From assembly GCA_039028615.1 (NCBI GenBank), contig JBCCHT010000031.1, positions 64,001 through 128,000 of the forward strand: a stretch of DNA of 64,000 bases. The letters are read 5' to 3'. Below are positions 52,312 to 64,000 of this stretch, in pieces. The DNA comes from Myxococcota bacterium. GTDB taxonomy: Bacteria > Myxococcota_A > Polyangia > Nannocystales > Nannocystaceae. The first letter of the stretch is position 1. Every line of letters starts with the position of its first letter. Under the pieces are notes generated by a model, which worked only from the letters and a program-made list of their open reading frames with translations, was not told where the DNA came from and searched no databases. The translations under genes and the position numbers were made by a program.

Positions 52312-53172
52312 CTACGAGGCCTTGGTGTCGTCGGGCGGGAGCAGAGGACGCGGCAGGGTCTCGCTCCACGCCGCACCATATAGATCGCTGCGCACCGCGA
52401 GGTAGCCGGGGTACTCGCCCAGGGCCTCTTCGTTGCGAGCGGTGTCGATGTCGACGAAGGTGAAGGTCTCCTCGCTGCGCACGACGACTTGCCCCGTCGG
52501 GTCGATGGCGATGGAGGGGCCGCCCAAGGCCGCGCCATCTTCTGCCGGACGATTGACCGAGAGGATCCAGGTGTTGGCCGTCTTGGCGGTGGACCGCATG
52601 ACCAGCTCCCACTCGTCGAAGTAGTCGGGCTCGGTCGCGCGGGGGTGACAGATGAGCCGAGCTCCGCGAGCGGCGAGGATGTGGCTGCCTTGTGGGCGGT
52701 TGATGTCCGAGCAGATCTGAATACCGAAGAGCACCCCGTGCAAGGCCACGAGCGGCAAGGCTCCCGCGCCAGCCTGGTAGTGGTCGGCCTCCCAGAACCC
52801 GGGCTCTTGGGGAATGTGCAGCTTGGAGTAGCGACCCTGCTCCTGACCTTCGGCGTCGAAGACCATGGCTTGGTTCTCGCGGTGCCCGGTGGCGGGGACG
52901 GTCACGATGGTCCCGCCGAGCACGGCGATGCCGACCTCTCGCGCGGCCGCGGCGAGCCGCTGCTGTCGCGGACCGTGCGGGGCCTCGGCGTCGTGGTCTC
53001 GGGCTTGGCGAGTGGCGGGCGCCCACGCGAGCAAGGGCAGCTCGGGAAGCACGGCCAGCTGTGCCCCGTGATCGCGAGCGTGGCTCAGCCGTTCACGGAG
53101 CCGGGCGTCGCTGTCGGTTCCGACGAAGACCTCGGAGATCAGGGCTACACGAAGCCGCGGTGCGCTCGACAT
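52312..53172 (-). CDS. Carbon-nitrogen hydrolase (nitrilase superfamily; carbamoyl-amidase-like)
   Basis: Catalytic triad VLPEL, YSKLHIP..PGFWE, IQICSD. Confidence 0.88.
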   Translation of the reverse strand: MSSAPRLRVALISEVFVGTDSDARLRERLSHARDHGAQLAVLPELPLLAWAPATRQARDHDAEAPHGPRQQRLAAAAREVGIAVLGGTIVTVPATGHRENQAMVFDAEGQEQGRYSKLHIPQEPGFWEADHYQAGAGALPLVALHGVLFGIQICSDINRPQGSHILAARGARLICHPRATEPDYFDEWELVMRSTAKTANTWILSVNRPAEDGAALGGPSIAIDPTGQVVVRSEETFTFVDIDTARNEEALGEYPGYLAVRSDLYGAAWSETLPRPLLPPDDTKAS

Positions 53173-53196
53173 CGGCCGCAGCGTAGCAGCGTCGTC

Positions 53197-54138
53197 TCAG
53201 CGCCGTTGGCGGTCGAGCCAGTCGATCGTGTCCGATTCCCAGGAGCCCGGCGCGAACACGTGGCCTCCGTTTTCGAGCCAGCGGTACTCGAAGCGACCAC
53301 CCGAACCAGCGTCGAGGCTCGGCTCGACCACCCACGGGGGAATCATGGGGTCGTGCCGCATGCCGAGGTACAGCGCAGGGCATCGCAGATCCGGTAGCCG
53401 CGGCCCGACGCTCATCTGGCGGTAGTAGTCGGCGACGTCGTCGAAGCCGAAGCGAGGCACGACGGCCAAGCGGTCCCACTCGCGGATCGTCCTGACGCGG
53501 CGGACCTGATCGGCGGGGTGCGGCAAGGAGCGTCGGGTCGCGGTCACGGCGTAGCAGGCCTTGAGGGCGTTGAGCACGTGATGGCGGTAGACGAAGCCGC
53601 GTCGGCGATCGATCGCCTGGCACGACAGCTCGAGGTCGAGCGGAGAGGATATGGCCGCCACCGCCTGGACGGCGGGCGCGGGGTCGAGGGCGTGCGACAG
53701 GCTGATGTGACCGCCCAGCGAGTAGCCGAGCACGAGCACGCGCTCGTAGCCGGCGAGGGAAGGGGCGCCGAGGACCGATCCGAGGTCGGAGCCGACACCT
53801 GCGTGGTAGAGGTCCTCGCCATCGCCGGTGCAGCCCCGCATGCCGATTCGCAGCGAGGACCAGCCCCGCCGCTCGGCTTCGCAGGCCGCCCGCAGGCAGT
53901 AGGGGCTGCGTGGCGTACCGCCCAAGCCGTGCACGATGAGCAGCAAGGTGCTGGCCCCGGGGGTTCGGTGGTACCGACCCTGCAGGCGCACGCTGCCCAC
54001 TTGTGGATCGACGAGGTCGACATGCCACTGTTCGGTCGGGGGCGCGGACACCGGGCGTACGCGTTGGCGGAGCTCGGGCAGCACCGTCCACGCGTGGCCT
54101 GCGGCAGCGAGCGTCCAGTCGCGGGGGCGCAGATGCAT
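53197..54138 (-). CDS. Alpha/beta hydrolase, YheT-like
   Basis: GHAWT, IVHGLGG, MRGC, GYSLGG nucleophile elbow, HDPMIP, GGHV. Start ATG 54138 or TTG 54147. Confidence 0.85.
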   Translation of the reverse strand: MHLRPRDWTLAAAGHAWTVLPELRQRVRPVSAPPTEQWHVDLVDPQVGSVRLQGRYHRTPGASTLLLIVHGLGGTPRSPYCLRAACEAERRGWSSLRIGMRGCTGDGEDLYHAGVGSDLGSVLGAPSLAGYERVLVLGYSLGGHISLSHALDPAPAVQAVAAISSPLDLELSCQAIDRRRGFVYRHHVLNALKACYAVTATRRSLPHPADQVRRVRTIREWDRLAVVPRFGFDDVADYYRQMSVGPRLPDLRCPALYLGMRHDPMIPPWVVEPSLDAGSGGRFEYRWLENGGHVFAPGSWESDTIDWLDRQRR

Positions 54139-54263
54139 CGTAGGCAACGCTACATGGTGGTGGGGCCCCGGACGACCTACGACGAGGCATCGTGCCCGAC
54201 AACGCCAGGCCGTCGGCCGTGGGCACCGCCCCGACGACTGCCAATTACGTGTGGGATGCCACG

Positions 54264-54292
54264 TTGACGATGTGCAGGCGCGGCGCTAGCTT
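54264..54292 (+). promoter_or_regulatory. Sigma-70-type promoter, probably giving a leaderless transcript
   Basis: TTGACG (54264-69), 17 bp, TAGCTT (54287-92), 6 nt before GTG 54299. Confidence 0.55.
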
Positions 54293-54298
54293 GCCGGC

Positions 54299-54757
54299 GT
54301 GACGAACCCGGAGGTCGAGACTTCGGGACCCAGCCTACGCTTGGTATTGGGTGTTATGGCTGTGGTGATTGTGGTTATGGGCGTCGCGTCTTACTGGCGC
54401 TACGTCGTCTCCGAGAACCACTTCGCCGAGGTCCTGGCCGAGATGGACCGCAAGTCGCCCGAACTCGATACGGAGGGCTGCATCAGCGCCGTACTCGAGT
54501 GGCATGGGGAATGCGAGGCCAATAAACCGCTCTGCGACAATGGAGTACCCCAGGTGATGACTCACTGTTTGGCGGGTCGCGATCGCAGCGCGACCTGCGA
54601 AGAACTCGATCTGAGCTCCGCGAAGGCCCAATGGGTCTTCAACTCCTGCTTCGATCGCGGTACCCCTTGCCGGAACAAGAAGAAGTGCGCCTGCGCCGAC
54701 GCGTATCGAACCGTCGATAGTTTTTGTCGGCACGACCAAAAGGGCGTGTCTCTTTAG
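54299..54757 (+). CDS. Membrane-anchored Cys-rich hypothetical protein
   Basis: One N-terminal TM, then 10 Cys; first gene of the ctaB-SCO run. Confidence 0.65.
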   Translation: MTNPEVETSGPSLRLVLGVMAVVIVVMGVASYWRYVVSENHFAEVLAEMDRKSPELDTEGCISAVLEWHGECEANKPLCDNGVPQVMTHCLAGRDRSATCEELDLSSAKAQWVFNSCFDRGTPCRNKKKCACADAYRTVDSFCRHDQKGVSL

Positions 54758-54787
54758 CGAGAGATTTTTTTCCGGAGCAACCGTCCC

Positions 54788-55642
54788 ATGAACCGCGCAT
54801 CCGATCTTTGGCAGCTCACCAAGCCCGGGGTCACGCGTATGTGTTTGTTGACCACCGCGGGCGGCTTGGCCCTCGCATCGGGTCACATCGGATGGTTCGC
54901 CGGGCTCGGTACGGTGCTCGGGGCCGCATTGGCCGTTGGCGGGGCAAATGCCGCCAACATGTGGTGGGAGCGCGATACCGACAAGTTGATGGCTCGGACG
55001 CGACGTCGGCCGCTGCCCACCGGGCGCGTGTCTCCGGCCGTCGCTCTGGCCTTCGCCATCGCGTTGTCGCTCGGCTCGCTGGTCGTGCTGAGCATCGCGG
55101 CCAACCTCCTCACCGCCGGGCTCGCTGCGTTCGCGCTGGTGGGCTACGTACTGGTCTACACGCCGCTCAAGTACAAGACTCCGCTCGCGCTGGTGATCGG
55201 CGCGGTGCCGGGAGCCATCCCTCCGCTGCTGGGATGGACGGCGGTCACCGATTCCCTCGATGCCGGCGGCCTGGTGCTGTTCGGGATCTTGCTCGTTTGG
55301 CAGATCCCTCACTTCCTGGCCATCTCGCTGTATCGCAAGAAAGAGTATGCCCGGGCCGGAATCCGCGTGGTCCCGGTCGTTCGCGGGGATGCCGTCGCCA
55401 AGATCCAAGCCGTGGGTTGGGTTATGATTTTGGTCCCGCTGTCGGCAATGCTGACCCCGCTGGGCGTCGCCGGAGGCCTCTACATGTGGTTCGCCATGCT
55501 GCTCGGCATGGTGTTCCTCGGGTGGGCATTCACCGGACTCGACAACCGAGCCGGTGATCGCTGGGCGCGAGGATACTTCCTCGCATCTCTCATCTACTTA
55601 CCCGCGCTGGCGCTCGCGTTGGCGGTGGACGTGGCGCTCTAA
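54788..55642 (+). CDS. ctaB: Protohaem IX farnesyltransferase (haem O synthase)
   Basis: LTKPGV, NMWWERDTDKLMARTRRRPLPTG, YTPLK, GAIPPLLGW, WQIPHFLAI. Confidence 0.95.
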   Translation: MNRASDLWQLTKPGVTRMCLLTTAGGLALASGHIGWFAGLGTVLGAALAVGGANAANMWWERDTDKLMARTRRRPLPTGRVSPAVALAFAIALSLGSLVVLSIAANLLTAGLAAFALVGYVLVYTPLKYKTPLALVIGAVPGAIPPLLGWTAVTDSLDAGGLVLFGILLVWQIPHFLAISLYRKKEYARAGIRVVPVVRGDAVAKIQAVGWVMILVPLSAMLTPLGVAGGLYMWFAMLLGMVFLGWAFTGLDNRAGDRWARGYFLASLIYLPALALALAVDVAL

Positions 55643-55665
55643 CGGAGGTAGGAGGCGACCCGGCG

Positions 55666-56340
55666 ATGCCTGCTGCTCCTCCAGACCTCAAACGCCCCGG
55701 GTGGCTCGAGTGGTTTCGACGCTATCTGTGGCTGATCTCGTTTGTGGCTGGGGTCCTCACGCTCACCGCCCTGCGGTGTAGCGGCCGTCTTCGCCAGGTC
55801 CCCGACCCGCCGCAGGTGCTGTTCGAGCTGCCGAGCTACGAACTGGTCGACCACCGGAACGAGCCCTTCACCCCCGACACCTTGCGCGGGAAGGTCTGGG
55901 TCGCCGGCTTCGTGTTCACCAGCTGCCCGAGCAGCTGCCCCGTAGTCACCAAGGCGATGTCCGAGCTTCGCGATCGCTACGATCGCTACGGCGTCGACGT
56001 GCAGATGGTCTCCTTTACGGTCGACCCGCAAAACGACACGCCGAAGGTCCTGGCCGACTACATCGATTCCCAAGGCATCGAGTCGCCGAACTGGCGTTTC
56101 GTGACCGGAGAGCCGGCCCAAGTCCTCGAGCTGGTCCGCAAGGGCTTCAAGCTCGGCGTGGGTGAGCGCGAGGCCGACGAGCAAGGCGTGGCCTACGACA
56201 TCGCGCACTCCACGAAGCTGGCGCTCGTCGACGCCGACGGAGCCGTGCGCGGCTTCTATGGCATCGACGGTGAGTACGGCACGGACGAAATCTTCGAACG
56301 AGCACAGCACGTGCTCGCCCAACAGGAGCGTCAGCGGTGA
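55666..56340 (+). CDS. SCO1/SenC copper chaperone
   Basis: FVFTSCPSSCP (CxxxC), SFTVDP..DTP, IAHS. Confidence 0.93.
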   Translation: MPAAPPDLKRPGWLEWFRRYLWLISFVAGVLTLTALRCSGRLRQVPDPPQVLFELPSYELVDHRNEPFTPDTLRGKVWVAGFVFTSCPSSCPVVTKAMSELRDRYDRYGVDVQMVSFTVDPQNDTPKVLADYIDSQGIESPNWRFVTGEPAQVLELVRKGFKLGVGEREADEQGVAYDIAHSTKLALVDADGAVRGFYGIDGEYGTDEIFERAQHVLAQQERQR

Positions 56341-56807
56341 AGACGTCCGGCCTACGGTCGAGCTCTCGTCGTTGCCTGATCGCCACCATGTTCGTTGCCG
56401 TCGCAGCGTGCGGAGACGCGAAGCCCCGCTTTACCGAGCCGGTCACGCTCGGCGGCAAGCAAGTGCCGCCCGAGGTGCTCAACCGTGGCTCGCGGGTCTA
56501 TGCGCTCTACTGCGTCAGCTGCCATGCGATCGACGGTTCGGGGCAGGGCAACGCTGCCCGCTCCCTCAAGGTACCCCCACGCGATTTCCGCGAAGCGGAC
56601 TTCCGGTACGTGTCGGGGCCTGAGGGTTCCCTGCCTACCGACGACGATCTAGACCTGACGTTACGTAAGGGTCGGGCAGAAAATGGCATGCCCGCCTGGG
56701 ATGGCCTCTCGGTTGAGGATCGCCACGCCGTGATCCAATACCTCAAGACTTTTTCCGATCGGTGGTCTCACGAAGCGCCCAAAGGGCCGGAGGTCGCCGA
56801 ATCATGA
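56337..56807 (+). CDS. Mono-haem cytochrome c lipoprotein
   Basis: Lipobox VAAC; YCVSCH; PPRDF; GMPAW distal Met. Confidence 0.88.
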   Translation: MKTSGLRSSSRRCLIATMFVAVAACGDAKPRFTEPVTLGGKQVPPEVLNRGSRVYALYCVSCHAIDGSGQGNAARSLKVPPRDFREADFRYVSGPEGSLPTDDDLDLTLRKGRAENGMPAWDGLSVEDRHAVIQYLKTFSDRWSHEAPKGPEVAES

Positions 56808-56863
56808 ATCATCACGCGCAACTCTCTTCCTCAACCCATGGCGCGACCGTGTGTTTGGCAAGC

Positions 56864-56882
56864 TTGCGACCGCATGTCGCAA
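56864..56882. promoter_or_regulatory. Perfect palindrome matching a RegA/PrrA/RegR-type box
   Basis: TTGCGAC-CGCAT-GTCGCAA, ~100 bp upstream of actA. Confidence 0.6.
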
Positions 56883-56981
56883 TTGCTACGGTCCGCGCCG
56901 CTAGCAGCGTGAGACACGCTGCTGAACGGGAGCAACGGGGCCTGGGGCAACTAGGGTCCCAACGAGCAAAGGTGAACGACC

Positions 56982-57629
56982 GTGCCGGCGATTTTTCCTC
57001 GTTGGACGAATAATATTCCGATTGCGATCGGTCTTCTCGCCCCCCTTGTGGGAGCGAGCCTGATCTTCGCGGTTTGGTACTGGTTCTCGCCCAGCTACAC
57101 CGACGTCGGGTATCGCCCCGAGCAGCCGGTGCCGTACAGCCACAAGCTGCACGCGGGCGACATGGGCATGGACTGCCGCTACTGCCACAACACGGTAGAG
57201 CGATCAGCCCACGCCTCCATTCCACCCACGGCCACGTGTATGAACTGCCACGAGCAGGTCAAGACGGAGAGCCTGCGGCTTCGCAAGGTCCGCGAAAGCT
57301 ACAAGACGGGAGAGCCCATTCCTTGGGTCCGCGTCCATCAGCTTCCGGACTTCGCGTACTTCAACCACTCCGCCCACCTGGCGGCTGGCGTTGGGTGCGC
57401 GTCTTGCCACGGTCGAGTGGATAAGATGGTGGTGGTCGAGATGAAGCAGCCCCTGTCGATGGGGTGGTGCCTCGACTGTCATCGAGACCCAGAGCCGAAC
57501 CTGCGGCCCTTGGACCAAGTGACCAACATGAACTGGGATCCTGCTGAAGAGGTCTACGACCCCAAGCAGGATCCGGAACGCAAGCGGCAGGTCAACCCGC
57601 CCTTGCACTGCTCGGGGTGTCACCGATGA
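56982..57629 (+). CDS. actA: Alternative complex III pentahaem cytochrome c subunit
   Basis: One TM; five CxxCH (CRYCH, CMNCH, CASCH, CLDCH, CSGCH); PEQPVPYSHKLHAG. Confidence 0.93.
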   Translation: MPAIFPRWTNNIPIAIGLLAPLVGASLIFAVWYWFSPSYTDVGYRPEQPVPYSHKLHAGDMGMDCRYCHNTVERSAHASIPPTATCMNCHEQVKTESLRLRKVRESYKTGEPIPWVRVHQLPDFAYFNHSAHLAAGVGCASCHGRVDKMVVVEMKQPLSMGWCLDCHRDPEPNLRPLDQVTNMNWDPAEEVYDPKQDPERKRQVNPPLHCSGCHR

Positions 57630-60600
57630 GAGACCTCAAAGCATACCGTCACGGCTACTGGCGTAGCCTCGACCATCGGGCGCAGTCCCATGACGAGGAA
57701 GCCGACGCGTGGCGAGAGTTTCCCGAAGGGGCGAAGCAAGCACCGCCGGTTCCGGCCGACTCGTTGTCTCGACGCAAGTTCGTCGGGGTGATGGGGGCTT
57801 CGGCCGCGCTCGCGGGCTCGGTTGCCACGACCGGCTGCATCCGCAAGCCCAAAGAGGAGATTCTCCCCTTTGCGGAGCGCCCCGAGGACCTGATCCCCGG
57901 TAAACCTCTATATTACGCGAGCGCGTTCGCCGAGTGCGGCAGTGTCGCCGGCGTTTTGGTGGAGAGCCAGGACGGTCGTCCGACCAAGATCGAGGGCAAC
58001 CCCCGGCATTCGGGCTCGCAGGGGGGAACGAGCACTTTCGCGCAAGCCGCGGTCCTCACCCTCTACGATCCCGATCGTACCCGGGCCCCGCTGCAGGGCG
58101 ACCAGGTCGCGCAGTGGGCCGACGTCAAGACGGCGGTGGGCGAGGTCATCGAGGCGCACGTCGCCAAGAAGGGCCAAGGCCTGGCGCTGGTGCTGCCGCA
58201 GGTCCTGTCGCCGACGCAGCGCTACCAGCTCCAGCAGCTGCGCGAGCGCATGCCCGAGGCGAAGGTCTACGTCGACGACGCGACCATGCCGGGCAACGTC
58301 ATCGCCGCGGCCGAGCTGGTCGGTGGTGAAGGCGCTCGCAACTTCCACTCGCTGACCGACACCCGCGTGGTGTTCTCGGCGGACTCCGACTTCCTCGGAG
58401 GCGAGACCGACTCGACGCGACTCAACCGCGAGTGGGCGGCGACCCGCAAGGTCGTGCAGACCACGGACGAGATGAGCCGTCTGTACGTCATCGAGCCGCA
58501 CCTGAGCAGCACGGGCGTGATGGCGGACCACCGCTTGCGCGTGAAGTCGAGCCTGGTGGGCGACGTGGTCATCGCGTTGGCCCGGTCGCTCGACGGCCAG
58601 GGCGTGACGTGGCCGGCCGCGGCCGCGGGCGTCATCGCTCAGCTGCCTCAGGTGACCCTGGACGAGGGCACGACGAAGTTCGTCAACGCGCTCGCCAAGG
58701 ACCTCACCAAAGAGGAGAACAAGCGCAAGACGGCCGTTCTCATCGGCGAGCGCCAGCCCATGTGGGTGCACGCCCTGGGCACGCTGATCAACGCCGGTCT
58801 CGGCAACAACGGCACCTCGCAGCGCTGGATCTTCGACCGGGAGGCGATCCGCCTGACGCCGGTCTCCGAGCTCGCGAAGGCCTCCGACGTGGAGACCGTG
58901 CTGTGCCTGGGCACCAACCCCGCCTACGACACGCCGGCCGTGCTCGGCCTGGCCGACAAGCTCGCCGGGCTGCAGACCATCCACTTCGGTCTGTACCGCG
59001 ACGAGACCGCGGCCATCGCCAAATGGCACATCCCCGTCTCGCACTGGCTCGAGACCTGGGGTGACCTGCAGGCGCTCGACGGCACCGTGGCCATCGTGCA
59101 GCCGCTCATCGCTCCGCTGCACGACACCTGGAGCATCACCGAGTGGCTCGGCTTCGTCGCCAGCGGCTCGATGCTCGACGGCTACAGCGTCGTCAAGTAC
59201 GGCTACTCGGAGCGCCTCGGAGGCGCCTTCTCCGAGAAGATGTGGCGTCGCTGGGTTCACGACGGCGTGGTCAGCGGTATCCCCCGGGAGCCGGTGCTGC
59301 CCAAGCTCGACTGGACCAAGCTCGCCGAGGCGGTGGCCAAGGGTCGTCGCGCGGTGGAAGGCACCGAGATCGACTTCCGCCTGTGCCCCAAGGTCGCCGA
59401 TGGCCGCCTGGGCAACAACGCGTGGATGCAGGAGCTGCCCCACCCGATCACCAAGATCACTTGGGACAACGCGGCCTACATGAGCGCCGCCACGGCCAAG
59501 CAGTTCGGGGTGAGCGACGGCGACCTCGTCAGCATCACCGTCAACGGTCGGTCCATCAAGATCGCCGCCTTCGTGGCGCCCGGTCAGGCCGAGGACGCCA
59601 TCACCGTCAGCCTGGGCTACGGCCACGACTGGGGCTCGGTGGGCAAGGACGTCGGCGTGAACGTCTACGAAGTCCTGCCCGCCAGCGACGACGGTGACAT
59701 CCCCTGGTTCGCCGGTGGCCAGGTCGCCGCCGCGGGTGGAACCCACCAGCTGGTCAGCACTCAGGACTATGGTCGGCTCAAGCCGCCCACTCTGATGGGT
59801 GTCGAGTACCCCGAGCGCCCCATCGTGCTCGAGGCTACGCGCGACGAGTGGGCCAAGGACCCGAGCTTCGTCGAGAAGGTCAACCTCATGGAGCCTGCCC
59901 GGCTCAAGCATCTGTGGGAGCCCCCGGAGATGAAGGGCAAGCAGCAGTGGGGCATGGTCATCGACCTCAACACCTGCTCGGGCTGCAACGCTTGCGTCGT
60001 CGCCTGCCAGGCCGAGAACAACATCCCGGTCGTGGGCAAGAAGCAGGTGGCCAACGGTCGCGAGATGCACTGGATGCGCATCGACCGTTACTTCCGGGGA
60101 GACGAGGACAACCCGACTGCGGTGGTCCAGCCGATGTCGTGTCAGCACTGCGAGGCAGCGCCCTGCGAGACGGTTTGCCCGGTCGCGGCCACGACGCACA
60201 GCCCCGAGGGGCTCAACGACATGGCCTACAACCGCTGCATCGGCACGCGGTACTGCTCGAACAACTGCCCGTACAAGGTACGGCGCTACAACTTCTTCAA
60301 CTACAACCTCGACCTTCGGCCCGGAGAGTTCTGGACCGACGATGCCGACGGCGCCCGCCTGCGGCAGCTTCAGAAGAACCCGGACGTCACCATCCGGTTC
60401 CGCGGGGTCATGGAGAAGTGCACGTACTGCGTGCAGCGCATCAACCAGGCCAAGATCGAGGCCCACGTTGCCGGCAAGGACAAGGTCGCCGACAACGACA
60501 TCATGACGGCCTGCGACCAGGCCTGCCCTTCCGGCTCCATCGTCTTCGGCGACATCAGCGACCCCGAGTCGAAGGTGTCGATCGCGAGGAACAGCAGCCG

Positions 60601-60688
60601 CAACTACCAGGTGCTTCGCGACCTGAACGTCCGGCCTCGGACGTCCTACTTGGCGCGCATCCGTAACCCGAACCCGGAGCTGGTGTAG
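57626..60688 (+). CDS. actB: Alternative complex III subunit B (molybdopterin-oxidoreductase-like + Fe-S domains, TAT)
   Basis: YWRSL, TAT motif [62 protein letters not shown]. Confidence 0.95.
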   Translation: MRDLKAYRHGYWRSLDHRAQSHDEEADAWREFPEGAKQAPPVPADSLSRRKFVGVMGASAALAGSVATTGCIRKPKEEILPFAERPEDLIPGKPLYYASAFAECGSVAGVLVESQDGRPTKIEGNPRHSGSQGGTSTFAQAAVLTLYDPDRTRAPLQGDQVAQWADVKTAVGEVIEAHVAKKGQGLALVLPQVLSPTQRYQLQQLRERMPEAKVYVDDATMPGNVIAAAELVGGEGARNFHSLTDTRVVFSADSDFLGGETDSTRLNREWAATRKVVQTTDEMSRLYVIEPHLSSTGVMADHRLRVKSSLVGDVVIALARSLDGQGVTWPAAAAGVIAQLPQVTLDEGTTKFVNALAKDLTKEENKRKTAVLIGERQPMWVHALGTLINAGLGNNGTSQRWIFDREAIRLTPVSELAKASDVETVLCLGTNPAYDTPAVLGLADKLAGLQTIHFGLYRDETAAIAKWHIPVSHWLETWGDLQALDGTVAIVQPLIAPLHDTWSITEWLGFVASGSMLDGYSVVKYGYSERLGGAFSEKMWRRWVHDGVVSGIPREPVLPKLDWTKLAEAVAKGRRAVEGTEIDFRLCPKVADGRLGNNAWMQELPHPITKITWDNAAYMSAATAKQFGVSDGDLVSITVNGRSIKIAAFVAPGQAEDAITVSLGYGHDWGSVGKDVGVNVYEVLPASDDGDIPWFAGGQVAAAGGTHQLVSTQDYGRLKPPTLMGVEYPERPIVLEATRDEWAKDPSFVEKVNLMEPARLKHLWEPPEMKGKQQWGMVIDLNTCSGCNACVVACQAENNIPVVGKKQVANGREMHWMRIDRYFRGDEDNPTAVVQPMSCQHCEAAPCETVCPVAATTHSPEGLNDMAYNRCIGTRYCSNNCPYKVRRYNFFNYNLDLRPGEFWTDDADGARLRQLQKNPDVTIRFRGVMEKCTYCVQRINQAKIEAHVAGKDKVADNDIMTACDQACPSGSIVFGDISDPESKVSIARNSSRNYQVLRDLNVRPRTSYLARIRNPNPELV

Positions 60689-60690
60689 CC

Positions 60691-62479
<1,789 letters not shown>

Positions 62480-62487
<8 letters not shown>

Positions 62488-63019
62488 ACGACCGAAGGTC
62501 TACGGCCTCTTGGCCGAGTACGAGACTCCCGCCGACCTGTACAAGGCCTGCGAGAAGGTCCGCGACGCCGGCTACGGCGCCTGGGATGCCCACACCCCGT
62601 TCCCCGTGCACGGCCTCGAGAAGGCGATGGGCCTGCGGCCCTCCATCGTGCCGTGGATCGTCTTCGTGATGGGCTTTTCGGGGGCCAGCCTGGGCTTCCT
62701 GCTCCAGTGGTGGACCTCTGTGGTCGACTACCCGCTCATCATCTCGGGCAAGCCCTACAACAGCTATCCGGCGTTCGTGCCGGTGGTGTTCGAGCTGGGC
62801 ATCCTGCTCGGCTCGTTCGGGGCGGTCTTCGGGATGTTCGGGCTCAACCGGCTTCCGACGCTCTACCACTCGCTGTTCAACAGCTCTCGCTTCTCGCGCG
62901 TGACCGACGATCGGTTCTACATCTCGATCGAGGCTCGCGACCCCAAGTACGACCCCGAGAAGACCCGCGAGCTGCTCGATTCGACCCAAGCCCTCCACAT
63001 CGAGGAGGTCGAGGACTAG
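62480..63019 (+). CDS. actD: Alternative complex III subunit D (DUF3341)
   Basis: [41 protein letters not shown]. Confidence 0.93.
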
Positions 63020-63021
63020 TC

Positions 63022-63660
63022 ATGGCTCACTCACGCAAAACGTGGGCGGCAGCCGCCGCGCTGCTGACGCTGACGGTCATGGGCTGTCGGGGCAATACCT
63101 CCGACCAACCCCCCGTGCACCTGCAGCAGAACATGGACTTCCAGGAGAAGGGCGAGGCTCAGGAGCGCAACGACTTCTTCGCCGACGGTCGCGTCATGCG
63201 GCTGCCGGTCGAGGGCACCGTTGCGATGGGCCAGCTCCGGGAAGACGACCACATGTGGCGCGGCCGCCTGCCCAACGGGCAGCTCGCCGACGCTCTTCCC
63301 TCTGGCATCAAGCTCAACGCCGCTCTGCTCGACCGCGGCGAGGAGCGCTACAACATCTACTGTCAGCCCTGTCACGGCACGACCGGTCACGGCAACGGTC
63401 CGGCGACTCGCCGTGGCGGTGGATTCGCGGTCAAGCCCGCGAACTTCCATCAGCAGAAGTTCCAGCCCGTTCCGCTCGGCTACCTCTACGACGTGGCCAC
63501 CCGGGGCAAGGGCTCCATGAAGGGCTACAAGTCCCAGATCCCGGTCGAGGATCGCTGGGCCATCGCGGCCTGGGTCCGGACTCTTCAGATCGCGGGTAAC
63601 GGCACGGCCCAAGAGGTTCCGGCCCAGCTCGCCAAGCAAGCTCCCAGGAGGATCAAGTGA
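63022..63660 (+). CDS. actE: Alternative complex III mono-haem cytochrome c lipoprotein subunit
   Basis: Start MAHSRK; lipobox VMGC-RG; NMDFQ; YCQPCHG; DRWAIAAWVRTLQ. Confidence 0.9.
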   Translation: MAHSRKTWAAAAALLTLTVMGCRGNTSDQPPVHLQQNMDFQEKGEAQERNDFFADGRVMRLPVEGTVAMGQLREDDHMWRGRLPNGQLADALPSGIKLNAALLDRGEERYNIYCQPCHGTTGHGNGPATRRGGGFAVKPANFHQQKFQPVPLGYLYDVATRGKGSMKGYKSQIPVEDRWAIAAWVRTLQIAGNGTAQEVPAQLAKQAPRRIK

Positions 63661-64000
63661 GCGCGCACGACGATGGCATGCCGAGCCACGACGAGATCCA
63701 CATCGGCTCTCGTTCGGGTTGGCGCAAATTGCCGGCGGTGTTTGGCGTGGTGGGCATCGCCTGCCTCGGCATCGGTTTCGCCACCAAGGGCGAGCACGGC
63801 GCTGATTTCTTCTTCTCGTACTTGGTCGCGCTGATGTTCTGGCTCGCGCTGGGACTCGGTGGCCTCTTCTTCGTCGTCGTGCAGCACGCGACCCGGGCCG
63901 GCTGGTCCATCGTGGTGCGACGCCTGGCGGAGAACGCGATGATGACGCTCCCGGTGCTCGGCCTGCTGGCCTTGCCGGTCGTCTTCTTGGGCGCCCACGA
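63657..64000 (+). CDS. actF: Alternative complex III subunit F, N-terminal part (runs off the window)
   Basis: GTG overlaps the actE stop; translates MSAHDD...FFFSYLVALMFWLALGLGGLFFVVVQHATRAGWSIVVRRLAE, typical of the ActF N-terminus. Confidence 0.88.
   Translation, partial: MSAHDDGMPSHDEIHIGSRSGWRKLPAVFGVVGIACLGIGFATKGEHGADFFFSYLVALMFWLALGLGGLFFVVVQHATRAGWSIVVRRLAENAMMTLPVLGLLALPVVFLGAH

Overview
High-GC (~70%) bacterial chromosomal window whose gene content is typical of Myxococcota, probably Nannocystaceae-like (inferred from gene content only). From left to right: the 3' end of an RpoH-family sigma factor; an outer-membrane beta-barrel gene; an NtrC-type two-component pair; a 1336-aa KAP P-loop NTPase with an unusual N-terminal TIR-like + pseudo-trypsin + SLOG-like array; several lipoproteins; a flavin amine/L-amino-acid oxidase; a hybrid histidine kinase; rluD-pgeF; an accessory block at 20-33 kb (two ECF sigma factors, an anti-sigma-like protein, a Ser/Thr kinase-TPR, a large mono-haem-c lipoprotein, two tandem-duplicated lectin-like genes); an S41 peptidase; an argC-argJ-argR operon in which ArgJ is fused to a degenerate ArgB-like domain; tRNA-Gly(GCC); four DsbA/TlpA genes upstream of an Oar-like TonB-dependent receptor; a TIGR02147-like regulator plus a VOC gene; a ~750-bp non-coding element made of two ~265-bp structured inverted repeats; yyaL-like, nitrilase and YheT-like hydrolases; and a respiratory cluster (ctaB, SCO, cytochrome c, alternative complex III actA-F) with a RegA/PrrA-type box. 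The most interesting candidates are the TIR-pseudoprotease-SLOG-KAP fusion (possible single-gene defence system), the structured inverted-repeat element, and the ArgJ-dead-kinase fusion. All family calls come from motif recognition by eye; no searches were run, and several start codons were re-chosen by inspection.
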